A stretch of 64,000 nt of DNA from a virus. The translations under genes and the position numbers were made by a program. Where the stretch lies: positions 38,746 to 102,745 of the IMG/VR virus record IMGVR_UViG_3300009181_000042; one strand, written 5' to 3'. The notes beneath the pieces were generated by a model, which saw only the letters and a list, made by a program, of their open reading frames with translations, had not been told where the DNA came from and made no database searches. Below, piece after piece: positions 35,646 through 54,900 of the stretch (positions within the stretch are counted from its first letter, which is position 1; every line of letters starts with the position of its first letter).

Positions 35646-36713
35646 ATGAAAATCGCCGTATATACCATATCACTTAACGAGATCAAGCACTGCGAACGCT
35701 GGGCTAACAGCGTAACAGATGCTGATTATCGCGTGGTACTCGATACAGGTAGCACAGATGGCACGGTAGAAAAACTCAGAGAGCTGGGTGTCACAGTATT
35801 TGAACAGCGTTTTGATCCGTGGCGGTTTGATCATGCTCGCAATGCTGCACTAGCATGTGTACCAGATGATGCAGAGATCTGCATCAGCCAGGACATGGAT
35901 GAGTTCCTTGCAGAAGGATGGCGGCCTAAGATGACAGCTGCTTGGCACACAGGCGAGACCACACGCTTGGCCTATACGTATGTGTTTGATTATCGAGACG
36001 GCGGGGCCAATGCCGGTTTCCGCATGGACAAGATACATGCCAGGACAGGCTACGAATGGAAAAGGCCTGTACATGAGACTGTTTTTAACACAACGGGTCG
36101 TGAGGTTGTAGCAGAAGATCTCAGCATTGCATTGAACCAGATACAGGACCGCAACAAGGGCACACGCAGCAATTATCTACCACTGATGGCCGTAGCCACC
36201 AAAGAAGATCCCAAGGATAGCCAGCTGAGCTTTTGGTATGGGCGCGAGCTGATGTATGCCAATCAACACAGCGAAGCGGTTGCAGAACTAAATCGATATC
36301 TTGATCTTGAGACCAGCAGATGGCCGGTTGAACGTAGCGAAGCTATGCTCTATATGTCTCGCATGAGCGATAGCCGCAAGCTTGAATTCATACAGCGTGC
36401 GCTGATATGCTCGCCTGAGCGCAGGCAAGTATGGTTAGAACTGGCCCGCTATTATTACAACACGCAAGATTGGCACGGACTGCTATGGGCATGCGGAAGC
36501 GGTATGGAGCGTAGCAGACGTGATCACAGCTACTTAGATCATGCAGAAGCCTGGGGCAACCAGCTGCTGGATTTTGGTGCTATTGCAGCAGCAAATCTAG
36601 GTTGGTATACTCAAGCAGCCGATTGGTGCCAACAAGCACTGGACCTGCAGCCAACAGACGATAGATTAAAGAACAATCTGCAGTGGATGCAGAGCAAGAA
36701 AAAGGAGCAGTGA
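35646..36713 (+). CDS. GT2 glycosyltransferase with TPR repeats
   Basis: DTGSTDGT, WRFDHARN, CISQDMDE, WKRPVHE; TPR-like C-terminus. Confidence 0.88.
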   Translation: MKIAVYTISLNEIKHCERWANSVTDADYRVVLDTGSTDGTVEKLRELGVTVFEQRFDPWRFDHARNAALACVPDDAEICISQDMDEFLAEGWRPKMTAAWHTGETTRLAYTYVFDYRDGGANAGFRMDKIHARTGYEWKRPVHETVFNTTGREVVAEDLSIALNQIQDRNKGTRSNYLPLMAVATKEDPKDSQLSFWYGRELMYANQHSEAVAELNRYLDLETSRWPVERSEAMLYMSRMSDSRKLEFIQRALICSPERRQVWLELARYYYNTQDWHGLLWACGSGMERSRRDHSYLDHAEAWGNQLLDFGAIAAANLGWYTQAADWCQQALDLQPTDDRLKNNLQWMQSKKKEQ

Positions 36714-36714
36714 T

Positions 36715-37788
36715 ATGCGTATTGCAATATATGGACCAACCAAGAATCAAGTGCATCACGTACAAGCATGGTACGACAGCTGCAAGGATGCTGATGCAAT
36801 ATGCATAGCTGATACCGGCAGCACAGATGGTACCAAAGAAGCCATGATTGCACTGGGCATACAAGTGACAGATGTTAGGATCGTGCCGTGGAGGTTTGAT
36901 GATGCGTTCAACACGGCAATGTATTTGGTACCAGATGACATTGATGTTTGTATACGACTGGACACTGATGAGCGATTGGTCAAAGGCTGGCGCAAGGCAT
37001 TGGAAAAAGCATGGACAGCTGAGACCACACGGCTGCGATATCCGTACACCTGGAACTGGAACCCAGATGGCACTCCTGGCCGCCAATGGTATGGCGATCG
37101 CATACATGCTCGCAAAGGGTATCGTTGGATGGGTGCCACGCATGAAGGTTTGATCAGCCGCACACCAGAGATCCAGACATTCACTGAAAATGTCAAGATA
37201 CATCATTTCCCAGATCCAAAAAGCAAATCTGGTGACTTATCGCTGCTAGAAGAAAGCGTGCGCGAATGGCCGCATGATGCTAGGATCAAAGCGTACTTGG
37301 CTCGCGAATACATGTACCAAAAGCAGTTTGATAAAGCTGCAGAGACCTACAAAGAATTCCTCGGCATGAGCTATGACACTGCAGAACGCTGCCAGGCGCT
37401 AACATCATTAGCACAAGCCGAACCAGACAACAAAGTGTTTTGGTTGAAGCAAGCTGCGTATGAAGTCCCAACTCACCGCGAACCTCTGGTGTATCTAGCA
37501 CAGCATTACTATGAAAAAGCTGAGTGGAAGAACTGCTATGATCATGCCAAGCGTGCGCTAAAGATCACTAAACATCCAATGGATTATACATGCACACCAG
37601 AAGCTTGGGGCTGGCAACCACTTGATCTAGTGAGTATTGCTGCATGGAACCTCAAGTTGTACGAAGAATGCTTGGAATACGCAAAGTTAGCACTTGAAAA
37701 ATTGCCAAACGATACCAGGCTTCAAAATAACCTGAGATTGATCGAAGAATTCATAGAAAAGAACCTACGGTCAAATGATGCTGTTTGA
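36715..37788 (+). CDS. GT2 glycosyltransferase with TPR repeats
   Basis: DTGSTDGT, WRFDDAFN, CIRLDTDE, WMGATHE; TPR-like C-terminus. Confidence 0.88.
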   Translation: MRIAIYGPTKNQVHHVQAWYDSCKDADAICIADTGSTDGTKEAMIALGIQVTDVRIVPWRFDDAFNTAMYLVPDDIDVCIRLDTDERLVKGWRKALEKAWTAETTRLRYPYTWNWNPDGTPGRQWYGDRIHARKGYRWMGATHEGLISRTPEIQTFTENVKIHHFPDPKSKSGDLSLLEESVREWPHDARIKAYLAREYMYQKQFDKAAETYKEFLGMSYDTAERCQALTSLAQAEPDNKVFWLKQAAYEVPTHREPLVYLAQHYYEKAEWKNCYDHAKRALKITKHPMDYTCTPEAWGWQPLDLVSIAAWNLKLYEECLEYAKLALEKLPNDTRLQNNLRLIEEFIEKNLRSNDAV

Positions 37789-37803
37789 TTCATAAATAAT
37801 GTT

Positions 37804-38412
37804 ATGAAACTGTTAGATCTCGATAACCATACCACAATCTGTCTCGCAGAAGACCGGTCCTCGTTTGCATTCATGGGCGAGGCAGGTACAGGACGAGTTG
37901 TCAAAGGTGTCAACACAACGCCAGATGTTGGGGTTAACGAGATACCACGGCAGGCTGCTAAGTTTAAGATACAAGTTAACAGAGACGGTTATCCGCCCGT
38001 AGCTCGTAGCAACGGTAAGATACCCAAGCTTGAATCTGCTGATATTAACGAAGCTAATAAATGGCTCAAGGCTGGTGCAGTAGCAGCAGCGCTAGCTGGG
38101 GCTGGCATGGGCGGTACAGCTCGTGCTCAGGATACTACTTCAACTAATGTTGCAATGCAATCGCAAGCACAACTGGTAGATCCTACATTTATGGGTAAAA
38201 ATTCCCGGGTACTTGTGGTTAATAAGAACAAATGGTTGGCAACTAATCCTCGGCCAGCCCAAATTGAAGATTATAACGAAATGATCGATTTCTTTAACAG
38301 ATCAGTACCAGTTACTGGTAAAGATGGCAGGAAGACAGCAATTATAGGAACTATAAAGTGGTTAGCTGATCCGCGCAATGCCGGAAGAGGTTTTAACGAA
38401 TCTAAACGATAG
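37804..38412 (+). CDS. hypothetical late protein with internal signal-peptide-like segment
   Basis: TAAATA 5 nt upstream; internal KWLKAGAVAAALAGAGMGGTARAQD. Confidence 0.75.
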   Translation: MKLLDLDNHTTICLAEDRSSFAFMGEAGTGRVVKGVNTTPDVGVNEIPRQAAKFKIQVNRDGYPPVARSNGKIPKLESADINEANKWLKAGAVAAALAGAGMGGTARAQDTTSTNVAMQSQAQLVDPTFMGKNSRVLVVNKNKWLATNPRPAQIEDYNEMIDFFNRSVPVTGKDGRKTAIIGTIKWLADPRNAGRGFNESKR

Positions 38413-38419
38413 TCAAGGA

Positions 38420-38444
38420 TCGAGGCGGACAATGCCCGCCTCGA
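38420..38444. terminator. GC-rich hairpin between convergent genes
   Basis: Perfect 9-bp stem TCGAGGCGG/CCGCCTCGA with a 7-nt loop; no clear U tract. Confidence 0.55.
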
Positions 38445-38450
38445 CTGATA

Positions 38451-38645
38451 TCAGATTCTGCTACGCTTGCTTGCTGCTTTAGCATCTTCCTCTGTAGCTT
38501 CAACTGCGATAGGAACCCAGCGCTGTGGGATCGGTAATCCACTTTTTCGATAGTAATCCAAATCAGCATCAGGATCGTCTACTTGTGTCCAAACCATCCA
38601 TTTGCCGTCAAGTGCACGCTGTTTGATATCGTGTTTCTTTTCCAT
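38451..38645 (-). CDS. small hypothetical protein
   Basis: 64-aa ORF filling the gap, with purine-rich leader. Confidence 0.65.
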   Translation of the reverse strand: MEKKHDIKQRALDGKWMVWTQVDDPDADLDYYRKSGLPIPQRWVPIAVEATEEDAKAASKRSRI

Positions 38646-38730
38646 CTCTGGTTCTCTTTTGGCCTAGTTAAAATACACTGGGATCAGTCCCAGCTCTGCA
38701 GTTTAGTAGACAAATAACAGTCTACCAAAT

Positions 38731-39258
38731 TCATTGTGACGATGCTGTGGTCCACCAGTTTTCATATGGAAATTCGATCCACACATCTTCTTCGGCTTTG
38801 TTGATTTCCATCGCTGCATAATCTATCTTGGATGTGCTAGCTAGATTATTGACTAGCATAGCAAAGCGAACGTTGCCATGCCACACTGTGTCCCAACGAT
38901 TGTTGCTTGGCATGCAGCTGCTGCGCCAGTCGCGCTTGATCCATTCTAGCGTAGCACCGGTATCATTGATGTCGTCAACGATGAGAATACGCTGGGGTTC
39001 TTTCTCGTATCCGTATGCATCTTCTGACATCCAGCAGTTGCTTTCGCTTTCACCACTGCCGTCACGTAAGCTGACTTTGAGAGTGTTGCATGGTACACCA
39101 AACCAGTGGCTCAGTAACACAGCCGGCAATAATCCACCTCTGGTGAGGCCAACAATATAGTCTGGCGTCCAGCCATCGCTGGTCATCTGCCTTGCAAGTT
39201 CAGCAACTTGTGAATGCACATCTGCATAGCTGAGATATCGTTTCTTGATCATTGGCAT
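38731..39258 (-). CDS. type I purine phosphoribosyltransferase (Gpt-like)
   Basis: IVGLTRGGLLPA, ILIVDDINDTGATL (PRPP loop), WIEFPYE. Confidence 0.88.
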   Translation of the reverse strand: MPMIKKRYLSYADVHSQVAELARQMTSDGWTPDYIVGLTRGGLLPAVLLSHWFGVPCNTLKVSLRDGSGESESNCWMSEDAYGYEKEPQRILIVDDINDTGATLEWIKRDWRSSCMPSNNRWDTVWHGNVRFAMLVNNLASTSKIDYAAMEINKAEEDVWIEFPYENWWTTASSQ

Positions 39259-39278
39259 TTCCACATTGTTGTAATGCC

Positions 39279-39306
39279 ATTATAACAGTTTGTGCTTAGT
39301 CGTCAA
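39279..39306 (-). promoter_or_regulatory. sigma70-like promoter for the PRTase
   Basis: TTGACG-N16-TATAAT with TGn. Confidence 0.65.
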
Positions 39307-40147
39307 CCGCTAATATCAGATGATTCTTGCCGTCGCTTATGGTAACATGCTCGTCTGCACATTCCACATAGTACTGGCTTCCTAGCATGCTCTGCAGTGC
39401 AATACTTTCTCTCAGTACCTGACTGCCTATGTTAAGACCAAACACGGGTATGCTTGCAGTTGCCCCGCTCTTGTAAGCAGCGATCCTGTACACACGCTGT
39501 TGACCTCGATCTGTGAGGCGCAACCACTCACCGCGTACTTCTACGTTTTCAACTAGGCTGTTGTTAAAAAAACGTCCAATGTGCTCAGCAGTTGGCATCT
39601 TAGCTGCTGTCTGGGGTGCATTTGTAGCAGTATCCACTGGTGGTGCTGCCGGTTCTGCTGGCGGTGCTGCGGGTTCTGACACTGTGGCAGGTGCAGTCTT
39701 TTCGTCGTCTGTGTCGTCTTTTACTTCGATGGAACTTGGATCCAAGTTAACATGCTTGCGTATCAGATCTTCTGTGAGATCGTAAAACTTGTCCTCTGGT
39801 GCATCATAGGGATGGAACTGCCATTTCTTGGTAGCAGTGAGATTGCTGACCTGTTGGCACATTTCCACTACTCTGGTGGGATATTCTTCGTTCCTGGTCA
39901 TTTCAACAAATACTAGGTAGTAACCGTCATCGGTTGGCGCAGGGCTGACTTCTGTATCCAAAGGTCGTATGCTGCTCTTCTCTATAAACACGCCTAGATC
40001 GGCAGCAGGATCGAGGTCGGTTACATAAAATCCTGTTACTATGACGCGCCTGTCGTCAATCTTGCTTTCATACTCGTCTATGGTGACCAACGGCATCACC
40101 AGATACTCTAAAGCGTTCCTGTCTAGACCTTCTCTGAGTTTTCTCAT
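39296..40147 (-). CDS. hypothetical late protein with Pro/Ala linker
   Basis: 283-aa ORF, ATGA-coupled. Confidence 0.8.
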   Translation of the reverse strand: MRKLREGLDRNALEYLVMPLVTIDEYESKIDDRRVIVTGFYVTDLDPAADLGVFIEKSSIRPLDTEVSPAPTDDGYYLVFVEMTRNEEYPTRVVEMCQQVSNLTATKKWQFHPYDAPEDKFYDLTEDLIRKHVNLDPSSIEVKDDTDDEKTAPATVSEPAAPPAEPAAPPVDTATNAPQTAAKMPTAEHIGRFFNNSLVENVEVRGEWLRLTDRGQQRVYRIAAYKSGATASIPVFGLNIGSQVLRESIALQSMLGSQYYVECADEHVTISDGKNHLILAVDD

Positions 40148-40656
40148 TGTGGCCTGACCGCTTGTTCTGAATCAATACCTTCTGCTTCGGCATCGTCAAC
40201 TGTTTCAACATCGACTTCTTCTTCGTACTGGTCCAACACTTCTTTGTCCAGGTTTCTCACGAACTTGCGAGGTATCAACATGTCTATCAACCAGATTTTC
40301 ACTTTCTTCATCTTGGGCTTCTTGGTACCGGGTTGGTAATCGCTTTCGTTCTCAACCTTTACCGGTACTTCTTCTTCGGCTATCTTGAAATTGATCTTGG
40401 TGCCGTGCTGCAGCAATCGCAGGCCGCCCTCTGGGTCTGGCATCTTTTCATATGGATACTTGAGCGTGACTCTGATCCAGTATGGCTTGGTAAATGGCCC
40501 TGCAACCACCTCACCTAGTATCCAATTTTTGTAAACATAAAGATTGTTGCTATCGAAATAATTCTCGATATCAATGAGTATGTCAACGAGATCTTCTGAA
40601 TCAGAGATCCTGTTTACTACGTCCTGTGCTGAGTTACTATTGTGTTGATGCGGCAT
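40144..40656 (-). CDS. hypothetical late protein with acidic tail
   Basis: TATAAATA 5 nt upstream. Confidence 0.8.
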   Translation of the reverse strand: MPHQHNSNSAQDVVNRISDSEDLVDILIDIENYFDSNNLYVYKNWILGEVVAGPFTKPYWIRVTLKYPYEKMPDPEGGLRLLQHGTKINFKIAEEEVPVKVENESDYQPGTKKPKMKKVKIWLIDMLIPRKFVRNLDKEVLDQYEEEVDVETVDDAEAEGIDSEQAVRPQ

Positions 40657-40661
40657 GATGA

Positions 40662-40669
40662 TATTTATA
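40662..40669 (-). promoter_or_regulatory. T4 late promoter consensus TATAAATA
   Basis: Exact match in the intergenic gap. Confidence 0.7.
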
Positions 40670-40689
40670 CATGCCGCATCATGGTTGTG

Positions 40690-41451
40690 TCATTCTTCGC
40701 CGTACATTCGGAGGATATCGGTTATGATAGGATGGCGTTCTATGCTGTCTTTGCCAAAATGACACACACGTATGCTAGCCGTACCATCAAACCTGGCCAC
40801 GAAATCAGTGAGACCGTTGTCTTTACCTCGGTCGCTTTGCCTCACGTCACCAGTGATGATCATCTTAGTACCCTCGCCTATTCGCGTGAGTGCACTGAGC
40901 ATGCTGGTGCGTGTGGTGTTCTGTGCTTCGTCTAGTATCACTATGCTATTTTTGAAAGTCCTTCCTCTTAGGTATGCTATAGGTACTAGTTCTATGATAC
41001 CTTCTTCTATCATGTGAGCGATTTCTTTACTGTTATAATGTTCTTCAAAAACATCTAACACCGGCTTGGTCCACGGAGCCATCTTCTTTAGGATGTCGCC
41101 GGGTAAGAATCCAATGTCCTTGTCATCGACTGCGATATTTGGTCTGGTGATGACTACCTTGCTGACTGCACCAGCTCGTAACTGCTGGATAGCATACAGC
41201 GTGCTCAGGTATGTCTTACCCGAACCTGCATAACCTAATGCAAATACCATGTTGACTGAAGGATCTTCGAGCGCTTCTATATAAGATTCTTGCGCTACGT
41301 TCTTGGGCAACAACTTTATGCGCTGTCGCTGAGGAGTTCGATGGAACTGTTCTATTCTTACTACATTACCGTGTTGTTGTGTTTCTACATGTTTATGGAA
41401 ATCGTTGTCGTAATTTGCTCTATGGGCAGAGCGACGCGCACGTTTAGCCAA
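40690..41451 (-). CDS. phoH: PhoH-family ATPase
   Basis: GYAGSGKT, ITRP, IGFLPG, AYLRGRTF, LDEAQN, TGDVRQSD, RHP. TTG 41451 has a GGGAGG SD; GTG 41475 is the alternative start. Confidence 0.95.
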   Translation of the reverse strand: MAKRARRSAHRANYDNDFHKHVETQQHGNVVRIEQFHRTPQRQRIKLLPKNVAQESYIEALEDPSVNMVFALGYAGSGKTYLSTLYAIQQLRAGAVSKVVITRPNIAVDDKDIGFLPGDILKKMAPWTKPVLDVFEEHYNSKEIAHMIEEGIIELVPIAYLRGRTFKNSIVILDEAQNTTRTSMLSALTRIGEGTKMIITGDVRQSDRGKDNGLTDFVARFDGTASIRVCHFGKDSIERHPIITDILRMYGEE

Positions 41452-41478
41452 ATGGTCCTCCCTATGTTCGACCACTAA

Positions 41479-41486
41479 TATTTATA
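41479..41486 (-). promoter_or_regulatory. T4 late promoter consensus TATAAATA upstream of phoH
   Basis: Exact match; a divergent TAAATA lies at 41534-41539 on +. Confidence 0.65.
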
Positions 41487-41536
41487 GACAACGGTCTATA
41501 TCAATGCTGATATAGCCTTCAATAGTATCCCGCTAA

Positions 41537-45730
<4,194 letters not shown>

Positions 45731-45739
45731 TATAACAAC

Positions 45740-46135
45740 ATGGCCGGTATTCCATTAAACACGTTTAAGACCTATACAAAGACGGTTCCGTATCTAGACC
45801 CGACTAGTACCACACCACCAGGTCTACCAATTATTAGTAATCCGTACTTTGTCTACCAGGCACCTCCGGGTACCACAGGTATTATTTTGTATCTGCAAGT
45901 AGCCAACACAGATCTAGTTGATACTCACGCTTCCAGCGCATGGCATTACAGACCAAGTGCACTGACCTACACCAACATTGTGCTGAACGTACCATGTCCG
46001 GTCGCTGACACACGCATCATGCTGGGTGGTAAGTTGGTATTAGAAACTGGAGATATGCTTTATCTGAGTACTGACGACGTCTCTGGCACTTATATGAAGA
46101 TGATCGCCAGCTTATTAGAATCTGCCAACCAGTGA
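45740..46135 (+). CDS. small virion structural protein
   Basis: All-beta-like 131 aa (YQAPPG...QVAN...KLVLETGD) between fibre genes. Confidence 0.65.
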   Translation: MAGIPLNTFKTYTKTVPYLDPTSTTPPGLPIISNPYFVYQAPPGTTGIILYLQVANTDLVDTHASSAWHYRPSALTYTNIVLNVPCPVADTRIMLGGKLVLETGDMLYLSTDDVSGTYMKMIASLLESANQ

Positions 46136-46181
46136 TGCAATAAATCACTGCTAAATATCAGATACCTTAGGTGCACCATAA

Positions 46182-51860
<5,679 letters not shown>

Positions 51861-51913
51861 TTCTTCGCTAAATATCACACATGTTGTGGCATTAGTGGGG
51901 AAAGGGAACCTTA

Positions 51914-54900
51914 GTGACCGCCAAGAATCAAGACTTTGTAGTCAAGAATGGACTACAGGTCACCAGCAATCTCGTAGTTGGTACCTACACCAGTAATCCT
52001 AGCGTAGCTCAATCGGCTAACGGTGCCATAATCAGTGGCAACGTGGGTATCGGCACCAGTGCCATTGCTCAGGGCACTAAACTAGTTGTTGCCAACGGTA
52101 ACATACAGACCAGCACGCTTGGCTTTGGGTATGTGTTCCCTGACGGTACCTTCCAAACCACTGCAGCCACCTATACTGTGCCTGGCGGCGGCAATACACA
52201 GATACAGTTTAATCTCAATAACACCTTTGCTGGCAACAGCCAGTTCGTGTTTGATGCCAGCAATGTGCGACTTGGTATAGGTACTGCAACAGCACGCAGC
52301 ACGCTAGATGTGATTGGTAACATACTGATATCTAACAGTGTTTCTAGCACAACTGGCATAATATTCCCCGACGGTTCGTTCCAAACCACAGCTGTTACAC
52401 CCACACCAAGCTTTGGAACTCAATATACCATACAGTTCGCTGGCATTGGCAATACCTTCAGTGGCGACAGCAACAATCTGGTTTGGAGCAGCAGCAATGC
52501 TACACTTCTGTCCAGTAATATCGCGGTTGCCAATCGTTTATCTGCCAATGATATCACAATAGCCAATTCTGCTGTGATCAACGGCAGCATGACCGTGATC
52601 AATGCAGTGACAGCTAATATTTTTATCGGAAACACAGCGGCTATTAGTGGTAATGTCACGGCTGGTAACCTAGTTGGCAACACAGCCACTGTCAGTGGCA
52701 ACAGCACGTTTGGCGGTAATGTGGTCATCACCAGCAACACAGCTGCCACAAGCCAAGGTACCGGAGCTCTACAAGTACAGGGCGGAGCCAGCATCGGTGG
52801 CAACCTATTCCTCGCTGGTAACTTTACCGTAAGCGGTAACTTAAACATCGCCAATGTAGGCGGCATACAGGACTTAGTTGTTAACAGCCTGACTGCTAAT
52901 ACTTTCATACAGTCGGCTGGTATCATATCCGGCAGTGCTATAAACAGCAATGCCAGCATAACTGCTATTAACTATGTGAATGCCAATCAATTCATAGCCA
53001 ACACCAACGTGGGCATTGGCACTGCAACAGTACAATATCCCTTAGATGTGTATGGCAACATTCATATTGGTAACACTGCTACCATCAGCGGCATATTGTT
53101 CCCAGACGGCACGTTCCAAGACACCGCAGCTGTCACGACTGTAGCAACTCCTAGCTATGGCGCACAAGGTACAGTGCAGTTTGCAGGTGCCGGTAACACG
53201 TTCAGCGGTAATACCGCTGCGCTGTTCTGGGACAACACCAATTATAGCTTGTACGCAAATGCAATAACCACATCTGCGTTTAATTCAACTGGCAATGCGC
53301 AAGTTAACAGGCTTGTTTCTAATCTGTCAGTGGGTATAGGTACTACCACAGCAGTTGGTATTGCTAACGCATTTGCAGTATACGGGTCAGAGAATCTCTA
53401 CGGTAACTTGGTGCTGCAAACTGCTGCAGGCAGCACAACCAGCGGTATATATTTCGCAGACGGATCATATCTCATAACCGCAGGCGGCGGCGGAAGCTAC
53501 AGCAATGCCAACGTGACCAGCTACCTTAGCGGACCTGTGCAGATTGGTAACCTCAGTGTAAACAATACCACCGTCAGCACCAACACTGCTAGCGGGGCGC
53601 TGCTGGTTGGTGGTGGCGTTGGCATAGGCGGCAATCTCAATGTTGGCGGTGCACAGAGCCTGTTTTCCAACAGTGTGGGCATAGGAACTGGTACTGCACC
53701 TGTATCGAACAACATACTGAACCTGTATGGCAATGTCGTTATCAGCAATACAGTGTCAGGCGGATCTGGAGTGTATTTCCCAGATGGCAGCTTCCAGACC
53801 ACTGCTGTTACACCAACCAACAGCTACGGCACAGCGGGTACCATTCAGTTTGCTGGATCGGCTAATACTTTTAGTGGTAACAGCAGTGCACTGTTCTGGG
53901 ATAGCAGCAACAATTGGCTGGGTATAGGCACTAACTTACCCACACAGCCTCTCACGCTGCTGGGTAATCTGTTAGCATACGGTAACACTCATGTGATGTT
54001 TGGCCGACTGGGTATAGGTACCAGCAACATCAAGATTGGTGATAATCTCACTGTGGTTGGTGGTAACATCAACGTGGCCAGCTATGGTACTGGTATATTC
54101 TTCCCAGATGGTAGCTTCCAACAAAGTTCAGCTGGTAGTTCTGCTGCAGGAAGTGACAAGAATGTGCAGTTCAATGACGGCGGGTTTTTTGCTGGACAGA
54201 ACAATTTCATATTTGACAAGACCAATCTGAGGTTAGGCATTGGTACTGCTAGCCTGACCAACAGCTTGATGGTATACAGTGCTACTCCGGCAATATTCAA
54301 TACCACCAATGGTGGTGATCAGCAGATCATAGTGGGTAACACCACATCAGATGGCACTGTGATAGGTTTCAACAGCGCCACGACTATTGCATACGGATAC
54401 ATGAAATCCGCAGGTGGCGTAACTAACATAGTGGTCACCAAGACCGGCACAGGTATAGGCGGTATAACTGTGCCCCAGAACACATTGGATGTTGGTGGTC
54501 GCACAGCCATAGGCTTTGCTTATGCAGGTGTGTTTACTGCACCCACAGATAGCTTGATCGTAAGTGGTAAAGTTGGTATAGGCACGTACTTGCCCTACAG
54601 CGCACTTGACGTGATGACCAATGCTAGCATCCGTGGTAATGTCAGCATTGCTGTCAACGCCAATATCGAAAAACTAGTAGTAAATTCAGACATAACAGTT
54701 AGCACGGTTACTGTCGGTGGGATGGCACTGGTTAACTCGTTGGTTAGCAACACCTATGGTGTGTTTGGACAAAACGTAACGGTCAATTCAACCAATTCAT
54801 CTACGTCAACAACCACTGGTGCACTGGTAGTAGCAGGCGGTATAGGTGTTAGCGGCAACGTCTATGCAGGCAATCTAAACGTTGGCAATCACATTGATCT

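Noticed and set aside
26088-37788. Bacterial chromosome origin (clpA, def, dnaJ, capsule-like genes)
   Set aside because: These genes are interleaved with T4-like rnh, TAAATA motifs, an S74 fibre and phage-style small ORFs, and lack bacterial operon context.
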